64,000 bases of DNA, from assembly GCA_963790825.1 (NCBI GenBank), contig CAWBPM010000003.1, forward strand, positions 253,681 through 317,680. The letters run 5' to 3'. The position numbers were made by a program, and so were the translations under genes. The DNA is from Candidatus Levyibacteriota bacterium. Lineage in GTDB: Bacteria > Patescibacteriota > Microgenomatia > Levybacterales > UBA12049. Below are positions 1-10,327 of this stretch, in pieces. Under the pieces are notes generated by a model, which had not been told where the DNA came from, searched no databases, and saw only the letters and a program-made list of their open reading frames with translations. Numbering within the stretch: the stretch's first letter is position 1; every line of letters begins with the position of its first letter.

Positions 1-979
1 TAAACGGGTAATCGATATAATGATCGGCGAAATTAGCGTTTTGCTCGGGATCCAGCAGTTCAATTAAAACACCCATGATATCGGCTCTGGCAGTATCGGT
101 AACACGATCCAGTTCATCCAGAAGTATGACCGGATTTTTCGTCTTACCCTGACTTAGTTGTTTAATAATTGCTCCCGGTTCTGCGTCGGGAAAGTAACGA
201 GACTGCCCGCGAAGTACCCGTGAGTCTGCCATGCCGCCAAAAGGAATTCGTTCAAATTGTCTGCCAAGTGCATCGGCGAGAGATTTGGCAAACGTCGTTT
301 TTCCCGTACCCGCAAGTCCCACCATGCATAAAATAGGTGCTTTTATAATGTGCTCTTTCTCTTTGCTATTTTTAATATCAAGCATAATTGATGCTATGTA
401 CTCAAGTACTCTTTCTTTCAGAGGTATTAAGCCATAATGATTTTTATCCATAACTTCTTTTGCTTTCGCAAGATCCAGCATATCTTCGCTCTTCTTATTC
501 CAAGGCATTCCTACTGCCCAGTTAATATAATGAGATGCTGATTCGTATTCGAGAATATAATTTGAGCTTAAAAAGCCTGCGCTTGAACGAATCATTGCAA
601 GCCGTGCAACTCTATCAATTAAAATTTGCCTCAGTCCGTCCGGAAGTCCTATACAAGTTTCGACTTTTTCTCCAAGTTTTCTGATCTGGTCGGAAGATTT
701 TCCCTGATCTGAAATACTATGTGGTCCTTTTGCGCCGATACTATTTAAAAGATTTTCGTTATTGGTATCTTCAGCATCTGAAACGAAATTAAGCTTACTC
801 ATATCTTCATTTTCCTGACCTGCAACTTTTTGAATACTATCCTGAACATTTAAGGAACTATCCCCACGCGCTGCAGCTGCTTGTTCTTCAGAGAGAGTCT
901 GTGAAGTTGATTGAGGAATAGTACCTCCTGATTGATCAGTAGGATTAAGGTTTGCTGAATCTTGGGCAGAGTTATCCAT
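1..979 (-). CDS. Lon-type AAA+ ATPase, running off the window edge; lacks the usual Lon N-domain
   Basis: Not in the ORF track. Manual translation from ATG 979 gives MDNSAQ...WAVGMPW...DKNHYGLIPLKERVLEYIA...ILCMVGLAGTGKTT (Walker A)...KNPVILLDELDRV (Walker B)...LLDPEQNANFADHYIDYPF, all Lon ATPase motifs. Confidence 0.85.
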   Translation of the reverse strand, partial: MDNSAQDSANLNPTDQSGGTIPQSTSQTLSEEQAAAARGDSSLNVQDSIQKVAGQENEDMSKLNFVSDAEDTNNENLLNSIGAKGPHSISDQGKSSDQIRKLGEKVETCIGLPDGLRQILIDRVARLAMIRSSAGFLSSNYILEYESASHYINWAVGMPWNKKSEDMLDLAKAKEVMDKNHYGLIPLKERVLEYIASIMLDIKNSKEKEHIIKAPILCMVGLAGTGKTTFAKSLADALGRQFERIPFGGMADSRVLRGQSRYFPDAEPGAIIKQLSQGKTKNPVILLDELDRVTDTARADIMGVLIELLDPEQNANFADHYIDYPF

Positions 980-1084
980 AACATAATCATACAAAACTTC
1001 TATTCCAATTGCAAAGCTGGATTATATTTTGTATGGAAAAATCTAATTTGCATATTAGATATAGGCTTGTTAGTATAAAAATAC

Positions 1085-1954
1085 GTGAAGAATATCAGCA
1101 AAAGAAAGAAAGCTTCTTGTATAAAGAAGCATAACTCTTTTTCGAAGTTACTTTTTTTATTGTTATTTATTATCATCACCCTTTTAGCCTTACTTATATC
1201 TTTCTATTCTTTTAAGCAAAAAGCAGTGATATCTAATGAGACTCCGACAATAACAGTTAAGAAATTATTCCCCACAATTACTAAGGCGCCACCAGTTTAT
1301 CAATCTACCCCAACTCCGCCAATACCCACAGGTATAGAATCGGAGGATAGGACAAAAATTCTATACGTACAGCCGCTGAATTTAGATGCTAGTCAAACTC
1401 CGACTGATCTTGCAATAAGTTTATACGATAAAGAAACAGGTAAATCAGAAATCATCGTTCCTTCAACAATAAACTCATTAACACAAGCATCCGGGCCCTT
1501 TTTGATTCTCAAATGGTCACCCAGTAACTCTTATATTTACACTGAATTCGGAAGCGCGGTGACAAAACTTGGAACAGTCTACTCATTTCCTGGTGGACAG
1601 AAAATAACAGATTATTTTCCAAGTGAAGGTTCGGCTTGGTTAGATAATCAAACCCTTGTAATTAATGAAGAATATGACGCAGCTATCAGACCATGGGAAG
1701 GAAATGGACGAGGAATTAGCGTGTTCTCGTTTCCTAACGAGGATAAACACCAACTACTAATTCCCAGCGCTACAGTAGATTATATTTTATTAGCTACTGC
1801 GAATGGATATATTTACTATAATCAAATTACAGTGAATAATAAAGATAATTGGAGTAATGAAAGTAGTCAGGACTCAACCTTCTGGCGAATGGATAAGAAT
1901 GGTAATTTAAAGGAACAAGTTACAAGAAACGATGTTCCAGCTGTCCCTAACTAA
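1085..1954 (+). CDS. Membrane-anchored extracellular hypothetical protein, possibly beta-propeller-like
   Basis: Basic N-terminus, one TM helix, a Pro/Thr linker, and WSP / AWLDN motifs reminiscent of TolB-like blades. Confidence 0.6.
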   Translation: MKNISKRKKASCIKKHNSFSKLLFLLLFIIITLLALLISFYSFKQKAVISNETPTITVKKLFPTITKAPPVYQSTPTPPIPTGIESEDRTKILYVQPLNLDASQTPTDLAISLYDKETGKSEIIVPSTINSLTQASGPFLILKWSPSNSYIYTEFGSAVTKLGTVYSFPGGQKITDYFPSEGSAWLDNQTLVINEEYDAAIRPWEGNGRGISVFSFPNEDKHQLLIPSATVDYILLATANGYIYYNQITVNNKDNWSNESSQDSTFWRMDKNGNLKEQVTRNDVPAVPN

Positions 1955-2002
1955 CGAAAATGTTTTAATGAATATTTATAAAATAAGTATAATGTTTGTG
2001 GA

Positions 2003-4335
2003 TTAATAGTGGGGCTTGCGTCGTTCTCGACGTTCTCTTTCAAATTGCTGGGCTAAAGGGTGTTTGGTTACTACTCCGCCTGGCCTGTCTCCGCTTCGAT
2101 CATATCTCGGTCCGCTACTACGAGGTCCCCTTGCTTGGAAACCACCACTTCGAGGTCCACGGGGCTCATAACTTCTTGGTTCACGCGGGGCTCCTCTATC
2201 ATTTCCCTGTTCTCCTCCGGTGTCATCTTGTAAAAGCATGGTCAGATTTGTTCTGCCCTGATCATCGATTTCAGTAACACGCACCTTTACCTTATCTCCG
2301 ATATGTACGACATCTTCAGGATTTTTTACAAATCCCCGAGCCATCTTAGAGACATGAACCATACCTTCTTTACCCGGTAAGACTTCCACAAATGCGCCAA
2401 AAGGTAAAATCCGCTTTACTTCTCCTTCAAATACTTCTCCTGCATGGATTTCTCTCGTAATGCCGCGTACCCACTCCATTGCTTTCTTTACTGCTTCATC
2501 ATCCGTTCCGGATACTGTTACTGTTCCGTCATCTTCTACGTCAACTGTAGCGCCGGTTATGGCAATGATATTTTTAATTATTTTACCGCCGGGACCGATA
2601 ACTTCTCCGATCTTATCAACAGGAATCTGGAGAGTTTCAATTTTCGGCGCATATTCTGATAATGCCTTTTTTGGTTCCGGAACAACTGAGAGCATTTTCT
2701 CTAAAATCTGCAACCGTGCTGTTTTAGCACGTGTAAGAATTTCGCCAATCTGTTTATCTGTAAGGCCGGGGATTTTCACATCGAGTTGAATTGCGGTAAT
2801 ACCGCTATCCGTACCGGCTACTTTAAAATCCATATCGCCTGAAAAATCTTCAAGTCCCAGAATATCTGTTAAGAGCACATAGTCGTCTCCGTCTGACATC
2901 ATTCCAATTGAGATACCGGCAACCGGTTTCGTAATAGGCACTCCCGCATCCATCAATGCAAGCGTTGAACCGCAAGTTGATGCCATAGAACTTGAACCAT
3001 TTTGAGAAAGAATCTCCGATACTACCCGAATTGTATAGGGAAACTTGTCTTTTTCCGGAATAACTGCAAAAAGTGCCCGCTCAGCCAGCGCTCCATGCCC
3101 TATATCCCGTCTGCCGGGCGTTCCCATCCTTCCGGCTTCTCCGTTTGAAAAAGGAGCATTTGAATAATGGTGAATATAACGTTTTGCTTCTTCGCCTTCC
3201 GCAGATTCTATAAGTTGTTCCATTCTCGGCGAGCCTAAGGTAACAATTGATAATACCTGCGTGAGACCGCGCTGAAATATTGCCGATCCATGTGTGCGGG
3301 GTAAAATACCTGCTTCGATATCTAATGTTCTGATTTCATCTACTTTGCGACCGTCAATTCGTTTTTTACTTTTCAGTGTGTCGCTGCGAATCTGTTTGAA
3401 CATAACATATTCAATCGCTTTCGTGACTACTTTTTTATCCAGAACTGACTGTGGATCGGCCGCTTTATCCTGTTCAAGTATTTGACTGACCAGATCTTCT
3501 GTTTCTGATCCGCTTCCTTCTTTATTTGCCCGCGACTTCGCAAGTTCTTTTATTTCAGCAGTGTACGATTTTTGAACCAACTTAACCGCTTCTTCAAAAA
3601 CAGGATTTAAAGGAACTTCAAGTTTCTTTGTCCAACTTTTTTTACTAATTCATTAATAAATGTAATTACTTTTCTTGTTTCAGTGTGTGCCCTGACAATT
3701 GCTTCATGCATTACTTCCTCTGCCACTTGGGATGCTCCCGATTCAATCATCAAGGTTAAATCTTCGCTTTGGGATACGACGACGTCCAGTTCCGAATGTT
3801 CGGATTCAGTCGTGGTAGGATTAAAAATAAATTCCGCTGAGCCGCTTTCGGGATCTTTAACAACACCCATACGGATAGCCCCAATTGGCCCTTTCCAGGG
3901 AACTTTAGAGATAGCCAGAGCTGCAGAAACCGCATTGAGGGATAGAATATCCGGTTCATTTTCTCCATCAATCGAGAGAACGGTAATAACAACCTGTACT
4001 TCTTGTTTGAATTCTTTTGGGAATAATGGTCTGATAGAGCGATCAATAAGCCGTCCTATTAAAATAGCCTCGTCTGTCGGTCTGCCTTCGCGTTTTACCC
4101 AACGTGAGCCTTTAATTCTGCCTCCTGCATATAATTTTTCCGTATATTCAACAGTTAAGGGAAAATAATCAATATCATCCCGAAGTCTTCCGAGTACTAC
4201 AGTGACCAGCACCACGGTATCGCCAAGACGGGCAAGAATTGAAGAAGTTGCTTGAGGAGCAAGTTGTCCTGTTTCAAGGATGAGTTGCTTTCCGGCAAAA
4301 TCTACATTTACTGAAGTTTTTTCTTTCGTTTTCAT
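2003..4335 (-). CDS. pnp: Polyribonucleotide nucleotidyltransferase (PNPase), split by a single-base frameshift near 3627
   Basis: ORF 3607-4335 is RNase PH domain 1 (RLIDRSIRPLFP). ORF 2003-3580 carries RRDIGHG, GDMDFKVAGT, KH (IGPGGK) and S1. Adding one A at 3627-3629 gives continuous GQKKLEVPLNPVFEEAVKLVQK. Confidence 0.95.
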
Positions 4336-4438
4336 ATTATTCTATTCTAATAGAAGTCTTCTTTCTCTTTGTATTAGTATACTTTATTTTTCCGAATTAC
4401 TGCAAGTTGAGATGCCTTCGATTGCAAAAATTGCGGGA

Positions 4439-4708
4439 TTAGTCTTTGAGTCCAACTTTCTTTAAAATTGTTGTCGCCCGAATCTTATCGACTTGGGTAA
4501 GAAAATTAACGAGCCTTCTTCTTTTCGCAACCATTGACAGGAGTCCCCGTCTACTGTGCGTATCATGACCATGTTCTTTTAAATGTTCAACCAGTCTGTC
4601 AATTTTACGGGTTAACAGTCCTATTTGTACTTCAGGGCTTCCCGTATCACCGTCAGCTGTCTGAAACTCTTTAATAATATCCTGTTTTTGCAGCGGATTT
4701 AATGGCAT
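4439..4708 (-). CDS. rpsO: 30S ribosomal protein S15
   Basis: DTGSPEVQI and HDTHSRRGLL motifs; likely start ATG 4708, just downstream of TATAAT. Confidence 0.95.
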   Translation of the reverse strand: MPLNPLQKQDIIKEFQTADGDTGSPEVQIGLLTRKIDRLVEHLKEHGHDTHSRRGLLSMVAKRRRLVNFLTQVDKIRATTILKKVGLKD

Positions 4709-4760
4709 GAAAGCAATTATAGCAGCTTCTTTTCTTCTGCGCAATATCTATGTAAATTCG

Positions 4761-5777
4761 TTACGAAATCGAAGATCCTTTATACACTTTCGGTGTTAGC
4801 CAATCTGCCGGCGGATTGTTAATATCTTTTTTATCCTGTTCATTCACTTGCACTTGCGGCGCTGGTTGAGGTTGAGGCGGTAATGGATTTGGCTGCCAAT
4901 CATCCCGAGACGGACTAAACCGTGGCTTACTTGGAGCTGCTGTAGTTGGCGCTATGGGAGCTGCTGAAGGAGTATAGGACGTGTCAAATGGTGATGGACG
5001 CCTATCTAACCTGGAAGCTGCTCCGCCTCCGCCTATTGGAGACAGGCGTCTTGCTCCTTTTTTCATCAAGATACTGGCGATTTCAAATGCGACATAGCTG
5101 GTTTTTGGATCCTGGAAGTTACCGGTAGCGAATGATATGCCACCCATTAAATTCTGGGCAATATCCTGATCAAAATCTAAACCAAGTGAAAGCAGTAAAT
5201 CGGAAACCTGCTCGCTAACTGAGGAAAACCTCGGCGAGACAAGCACCACATTACCAAAACCCTCATTTTCTTCTCTATTATCGATATTAATAATCGTAGC
5301 GCTCTGAACGGTTTCCGGGTTAAATAAGCCGGTGATGTCTTGGAGACGAGGTGTACCAACAACAAAAATCAGTTCAGCATTTCCCGAACTACCTTGACTG
5401 AACCGAACGTCCTGCGGTGTGAAAGAAAGACCCTGTTCGCCTGCTTTAACGACAATATTTAAAAATCCAGCATCAATCGTATAAGAAACTTTTTCGATAT
5501 CTCCTTCACGATAAGGAAAAGAAACAATTAAGTCTCCTGCCGAACTACTGCCTGAAAAGCTGGTTTGAACTTTATCAATACCTACCAGATTGGAGAGTTC
5601 TACAATTGGCTCGGTAGGAGAAACAACTGTTGTTTTCTTGTTGACTGCGTTTAGGGCAAGCGAGAGGGAAAGTCCTGCTGCCATATCATCAACAGAAGGA
5701 TTGGGTCCGACTGCTATAGCAATTTCCTGCGCTTTTCCAATAATATCTTTAATTCGCTGTAGTGACTGAGTATCCAT
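4761..5777 (-). CDS. Degenerate DHH-family (NrnA-like) protein with Pro-rich tail
   Basis: DHH-like fold motifs (PSVDDMAAGLSL; IINIDNRE where IDHH is expected; SSVSEQV; T-G-N-F) and position downstream of infB. Confidence 0.6.
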   Translation of the reverse strand: MDTQSLQRIKDIIGKAQEIAIAVGPNPSVDDMAAGLSLSLALNAVNKKTTVVSPTEPIVELSNLVGIDKVQTSFSGSSSAGDLIVSFPYREGDIEKVSYTIDAGFLNIVVKAGEQGLSFTPQDVRFSQGSSGNAELIFVVGTPRLQDITGLFNPETVQSATIINIDNREENEGFGNVVLVSPRFSSVSEQVSDLLLSLGLDFDQDIAQNLMGGISFATGNFQDPKTSYVAFEIASILMKKGARRLSPIGGGGAASRLDRRPSPFDTSYTPSAAPIAPTTAAPSKPRFSPSRDDWQPNPLPPQPQPAPQVQVNEQDKKDINNPPADWLTPKVYKGSSIS

Positions 5778-5785
5778 ATTACAAC

Positions 5786-7264
5786 CTATATTATTTTACT
5801 GTGACATACTACCACATCTCCGACTTCAATGTCAAGTCCACCACCCAGAACTATTCCAGCTTCATGTCCTGATTCAACTTTAGATGTCTGTTCTTTTCCA
5901 ACCCTTAGCGAAGTAATAGTTGTCTCCCCTATAGTCTCGTCTTTTCGCATGATGCGAATTCTATCGCCCCGCGCGATTCTCCCCTCGAGCACCGTCACTC
6001 CGTAGGCAAAGGTTTTTTCAAAGGGAAATTTGGCTAAAACCCGTGCCGTACCATAAATCTCTTCCATTTGAGCCAGTCTTTTTCCTTCAAGTACATCCGA
6101 TACTTCGTCAATCATCTCGTAGATAATCTGGTAATTTTTTGCCAATACTTTTTCAGTCATTGCCAGTTTTTGCACGTTGGGACGAATTTTGGAGTTAAAA
6201 CTTAAAACAAGCGCTCCGGCAGATTTAGCAAAAAGAATATCCGCTTCTGACACCTCTCCGGTTTTTTTGTTGATTATATGAACATCTTTAGGTAGAGAAT
6301 ACTCAATCGCTTCCAAAGAGCCTTGCGTGTCTGCAATTAGGATAATCGGCAGCTTCCCTTCGTGCATATTTGGCCGATATACTATTTCACTTTCTGGTTC
6401 AAGCGCCAAAGCTTCTTCGGGGAGTTTTTCAACCTGGCGCTTATTTTTATCTGTGATAATACTCCCAACCGGAATGACTTGGGACATTCCAAATACCTCA
6501 ACTCCGTCTCCGATAGTTGCTGTTTTTACGTTTTGCCCCATATCATTTACAATATTTCTAACTCTGAAAATCGTTCCGTCAACTATTACGTCATCCCGCA
6601 CGGTTAATGTACCGTTTTTAATTACTAATGCAGCTTGCGGACCGGCTCTTTGATCCAACCTAGACTCGATAACGATAGCAACGAGCTCTCCTTTTGCCGA
6701 AACATCCGATTTTTTATGCAAATCAAAACTTAGAAGAATTAAATCAAGAAGTTCTTTTATATTTGTGTTGGTTTTAGCGGAAATCTCAATAACCGGAATA
6801 TTTCCACCGAGCCCTTCAAGCAGAACTCCTTCTTTTACCAACTGCTGTTTAATTTTTTCCGGATTTTTTCCTTCTAAATCTGCTTTTGTCAAAACAACGA
6901 TATAGGGAATTTTCGCATCCAGGAGAACCTGGATACTCTCTTTGGTCTGAGGCATAACCCCATCTACCGAGGAAATTACCAGTAAGCCGATATCCGCAAC
7001 TTGAGCTCCGCGTGAACGCATTTGGGAAAATACCTGGTGTCCCGGTGTATCAATAAAAGTAATTCTCCGTTTTACTTTTTCATGAACAATTTCAATCGAT
7101 GAGACCCCGATTTTTTGCGTAATGCCACCAAATTCACGGTCAGCAATTGAGGTCTTCCGGATTGAATCGAGAAGGGTTGTTTTTCCATGATCAACATGGC
7201 CGAGAACTGCTACGACCGGCGGAAAATTTTCTGGCTGTGTATTCGCTGTTTTTTGTATATCCAT
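5786..7264 (-). CDS. infB: Translation initiation factor IF-2, short form without N-terminal domain
   Basis: GHVDHGKTTLLD, GGITQ, DTPGH, DGVMPQT motifs; follows nusA. Confidence 0.95.
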   Translation of the reverse strand: MDIQKTANTQPENFPPVVAVLGHVDHGKTTLLDSIRKTSIADREFGGITQKIGVSSIEIVHEKVKRRITFIDTPGHQVFSQMRSRGAQVADIGLLVISSVDGVMPQTKESIQVLLDAKIPYIVVLTKADLEGKNPEKIKQQLVKEGVLLEGLGGNIPVIEISAKTNTNIKELLDLILLSFDLHKKSDVSAKGELVAIVIESRLDQRAGPQAALVIKNGTLTVRDDVIVDGTIFRVRNIVNDMGQNVKTATIGDGVEVFGMSQVIPVGSIITDKNKRQVEKLPEEALALEPESEIVYRPNMHEGKLPIILIADTQGSLEAIEYSLPKDVHIINKKTGEVSEADILFAKSAGALVLSFNSKIRPNVQKLAMTEKVLAKNYQIIYEMIDEVSDVLEGKRLAQMEEIYGTARVLAKFPFEKTFAYGVTVLEGRIARGDRIRIMRKDETIGETTITSLRVGKEQTSKVESGHEAGIVLGGGLDIEVGDVVVCHSKII

Positions 7265-7304
7265 ATATAATCCCCTTTCAATATAGTGAGCAAGTTAATC
7301 AGTG

Positions 7305-8432
7305 TCATATTAAGCTTGTTCTTTTAGTCGCTTTTTTAGTTTTACTCGGTTTTTCAACTTTATCGGTTTTTTTAGGCTGTGCACTTGCCGCAACTGTAAG
7401 ACCCTCAACAACTGACTGCTCTTCGGGTGTAGATTTCACTTTTTCCTCTTTAACTTTCTCAGCTACTTCTTCGCTACCTGCCTCTTCTTTTCCTTCAATT
7501 TCTATTCTGTAGCCGGTAAGCCTGGATGCAAGCCTTACATTTTGACCCTCTTTCCCGATCGCCAAAGACAGTTCTTCTTTCGGCACAAAGACGTGTGCAA
7601 TTTTTTCTTCTTCGTCCACTTCGACACGGACATTTTTAGCAGGGGAGAGCGATTGGATAATATACTGCTTCGAATCTACGACCCACTGGATAATATCGAT
7701 TTTTTCAATGCCGGCAAATTCCTGTATGATTGCTTGTACCCTGACACCTTTCTGTCCGACACATGATCCGACAGGATCAATTCCCTGCTGATCGGAATAT
7801 ACCGCTACTTTTGACCGATTACCGGCTTCCCGAACAATTGCTTTAATTTGCACGCTGCCTTGAGCTACTTCCGGCACTTCCCGTTTGAAAAGCCCCTCCA
7901 AAAGCCCGGTGCTAGCCCTGGAGACGATAATTTCTTCACCTCTTGGTCCTTCTTTAATTTCTGAAAGATATACGGTTAAGCGCTGATTCAGATGGTACCT
8001 TTCATTCGGAATCTGCTCGGAAACCGGCATAATTGCCTCGGTTTTACCGATATCAACAATAACGTTTGGTCCGGCAAAGCGAAGCACCATGCCATTAATA
8101 ATAGTCCCCATCTTTACTTTATAGTCGGTTAAAATTGCTTCTTTTTCTTTCTCGCGGATTTTCTGCAGGATTACTTGTTTGGCAGTTTGTGCGGCAATCC
8201 GGCCAAATCCGGGAGGTGTAACATTTTCTTCGTTGTGCAATATTTTCGCTTCTCCCGTATTGCCATTCAACTCCGCCGTGTATTCTTCAATTTCAATTCC
8301 CGGATGATCTTTACGATAAGCAGCTAAGATAGCGTTTTTTACCGTATCTAAAACTACAGAAACATCTACACCCCGTTCAGAGGCTACTTGATTCAGCGCT
8401 AAGGCAAATTCAGATCGTTGTACTGCCGGCAT
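7305..8432 (-). CDS. nusA: Transcription factor NusA
   Basis: FGRIAAQTAKQVI, EVPE, DPVGSCVG, AIGKEGQNVRLAS motifs. Confidence 0.96.
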   Translation of the reverse strand: MPAVQRSEFALALNQVASERGVDVSVVLDTVKNAILAAYRKDHPGIEIEEYTAELNGNTGEAKILHNEENVTPPGFGRIAAQTAKQVILQKIREKEKEAILTDYKVKMGTIINGMVLRFAGPNVIVDIGKTEAIMPVSEQIPNERYHLNQRLTVYLSEIKEGPRGEEIIVSRASTGLLEGLFKREVPEVAQGSVQIKAIVREAGNRSKVAVYSDQQGIDPVGSCVGQKGVRVQAIIQEFAGIEKIDIIQWVVDSKQYIIQSLSPAKNVRVEVDEEEKIAHVFVPKEELSLAIGKEGQNVRLASRLTGYRIEIEGKEEAGSEEVAEKVKEEKVKSTPEEQSVVEGLTVAASAQPKKTDKVEKPSKTKKATKRTSLI

Positions 8433-8529
8433 AGTGAATCCTAGTATACCAGATCATGCGTGTCCGATCAACACGCATAAGTATCCTATCTCGCTTGTAT
8501 TATTTACTATTTTTTTCTAAGATAGATTT

Positions 8530-10293
8530 ATGGGTGCAGAACAAGCAAAACCGGAAGGTGAAGGAAAACCGGAATATCAAACCCCATTAACCTATGAAGT
8601 AAGAGATTTTCCCAGTATATGGAAGGCTGTTACGGAAGAAACAGGGAAGTATTTAAGGGTCGGTCCTGTTGTCGGTACAGTAGCAAATGCGCCAACTCTT
8701 TTTCTTGGAGATGGCAACGATTTATCTTTCGGACTTAATCTAAAACCATCATTTGCTGGTAATTTGGTTGAATCTACGTTAAGGGACAATGATAAAATAA
8801 GACATCTTTCAGAAACACTTCAAAAGTATCTCGGGGAGGAGTTGCGGGTTAAACCCCGTGAAAGAAAAGCTCAATATAATCTGCTCGGACTTGTTATTTC
8901 AAAAGTTACTACAACAAATGGAAAAGAGGAAGAAAGAGAAGTCGCAACATTTAATCAGGATAATCAGGAATTTAGATTTATAGAACATTTCGATGAGCCA
9001 GTAAATGAAGAACAAGGCAGAGACGCTCTGGAGCAAGCTTTAAAACTCTTCCAGATAACTACAAGCGAATTGTATCGGCTTAATGGTCTTGAAGTACCGG
9101 AAGAAAAAGTAATCATAGAACCGCCTGAGAGAGATAAAAAAATAAATGCAACAGATTTAAAAGAATTAATGAAATTTTTTAGAGAAGATAAGTTGAAAAA
9201 TCATGAGAAAATTTATTTCTCCCCAACAAGAGAAATTATTCCACTGCCTACACCCACACCTGACCATCCTGCTTCTACGGAGACTCCAAGGCCAGGCGAT
9301 AAGTTGGACGAAATAAGACAAAGTTATGCAAAAAATCAGTTTAATGAGATTAAGAAATTATTCGGTACGGGTGGAAGTAGTGATCTGGAAACACTTCGCC
9401 AATCAATAATCGTTGAAGGAGTTCCGGATATTACATTTGATAGCATTGGTGGACAGGCAGCAGCTGTGGAACAAGCACGCCTGCTTGCAGAACAACTAAA
9501 ACACCCTGAAGCTTTCGCAAGATGGGGATCTGAACCGCCCCGTGGAATTATTTTTATCGGTGATCCAGGGAACGGCAAAACATTGATAGCGAAAGCACTA
9601 GCACATGAAGCGGAAGTACCATTTATCATGGTCAAATCGTCTGACCTGGCATCGAAATGGTACGGCGATGCAGAAAAACTGGCAAAGGGTGTATTTCAAA
9701 TTGCCCGTGAAGAAGCTATGCAGCACGGAGGACACGCAATAATATATTTCGATGAGGTTGATTCGCTGATGCCTTCTCGAAAAGGAAACGTACATGAGGC
9801 AACTAGACGGGTCATCGGAACGGTTCTCCAGGAAATTGACGGACTACAAACACAAGAACAGGAAGGAAAACTGATAGTTATCGCCTCCACAAATACACCC
9901 GAAACTGTCGATGATGCTTTTCTGTCACGAATGACAGAATGGGTTGAAGTTCCAAGTCCTGATGCCCAGGGTATCTCTGAAATTCTGGCTATTCAATTTC
10001 AAGCGCAAACTGTAAAGGCTGGACGTGAGTTATTGCAAGAAGGAATTGATTTCAGCCAAGTTGCTTCGGAAATGGTCGGAGTCAGCGGTAGAGATATTGC
10101 CGATGTGGTGCAACGAGTATTATCTTTAAAAGGACAGCAGGAGGCACGTGGTCTAAGTCCCACTGTTGTTACCAAGGAAGATATCCAGAGCGCTATCGTC
10201 TCTTCTGCCAAAGTCCGTCAGGCGAAACTAAATCACAGAAAGGCAACAAGTGGACAAATTGGATTTAGGAATAACTCAGAAAAACCAAGCTAG
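8530..10293 (+). CDS. Classic-clade AAA ATPase (ARC/PAN/CDC48-like module) with an unrecognised N-terminal domain
   Basis: TFDSIGG, Walker A GDPGNGKT, pore loop SKWYG, Walker B IYFDEVD, SRH ASTN..VDDAFLSR; C-terminal IGF. Confidence 0.85.
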   Translation: MGAEQAKPEGEGKPEYQTPLTYEVRDFPSIWKAVTEETGKYLRVGPVVGTVANAPTLFLGDGNDLSFGLNLKPSFAGNLVESTLRDNDKIRHLSETLQKYLGEELRVKPRERKAQYNLLGLVISKVTTTNGKEEEREVATFNQDNQEFRFIEHFDEPVNEEQGRDALEQALKLFQITTSELYRLNGLEVPEEKVIIEPPERDKKINATDLKELMKFFREDKLKNHEKIYFSPTREIIPLPTPTPDHPASTETPRPGDKLDEIRQSYAKNQFNEIKKLFGTGGSSDLETLRQSIIVEGVPDITFDSIGGQAAAVEQARLLAEQLKHPEAFARWGSEPPRGIIFIGDPGNGKTLIAKALAHEAEVPFIMVKSSDLASKWYGDAEKLAKGVFQIAREEAMQHGGHAIIYFDEVDSLMPSRKGNVHEATRRVIGTVLQEIDGLQTQEQEGKLIVIASTNTPETVDDAFLSRMTEWVEVPSPDAQGISEILAIQFQAQTVKAGRELLQEGIDFSQVASEMVGVSGRDIADVVQRVLSLKGQQEARGLSPTVVTKEDIQSAIVSSAKVRQAKLNHRKATSGQIGFRNNSEKPS

Positions 10294-10327
10294 ACACGAA
10301 AACAACTCACAGAATTCTTTAATCTCT

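Noticed and set aside
2003-4335. pnp as a naturally split gene or pseudogene
   Set aside because: One added base restores an intact PNPase, and similar single-base losses occur elsewhere in the window, so error is more likely.
8456-8478. Inverted repeat ATGCGTGT-N7-ACACGCAT between nusA and the AAA gene
   Set aside because: Could be an operator, but it is short and single-copy with no supporting evidence.
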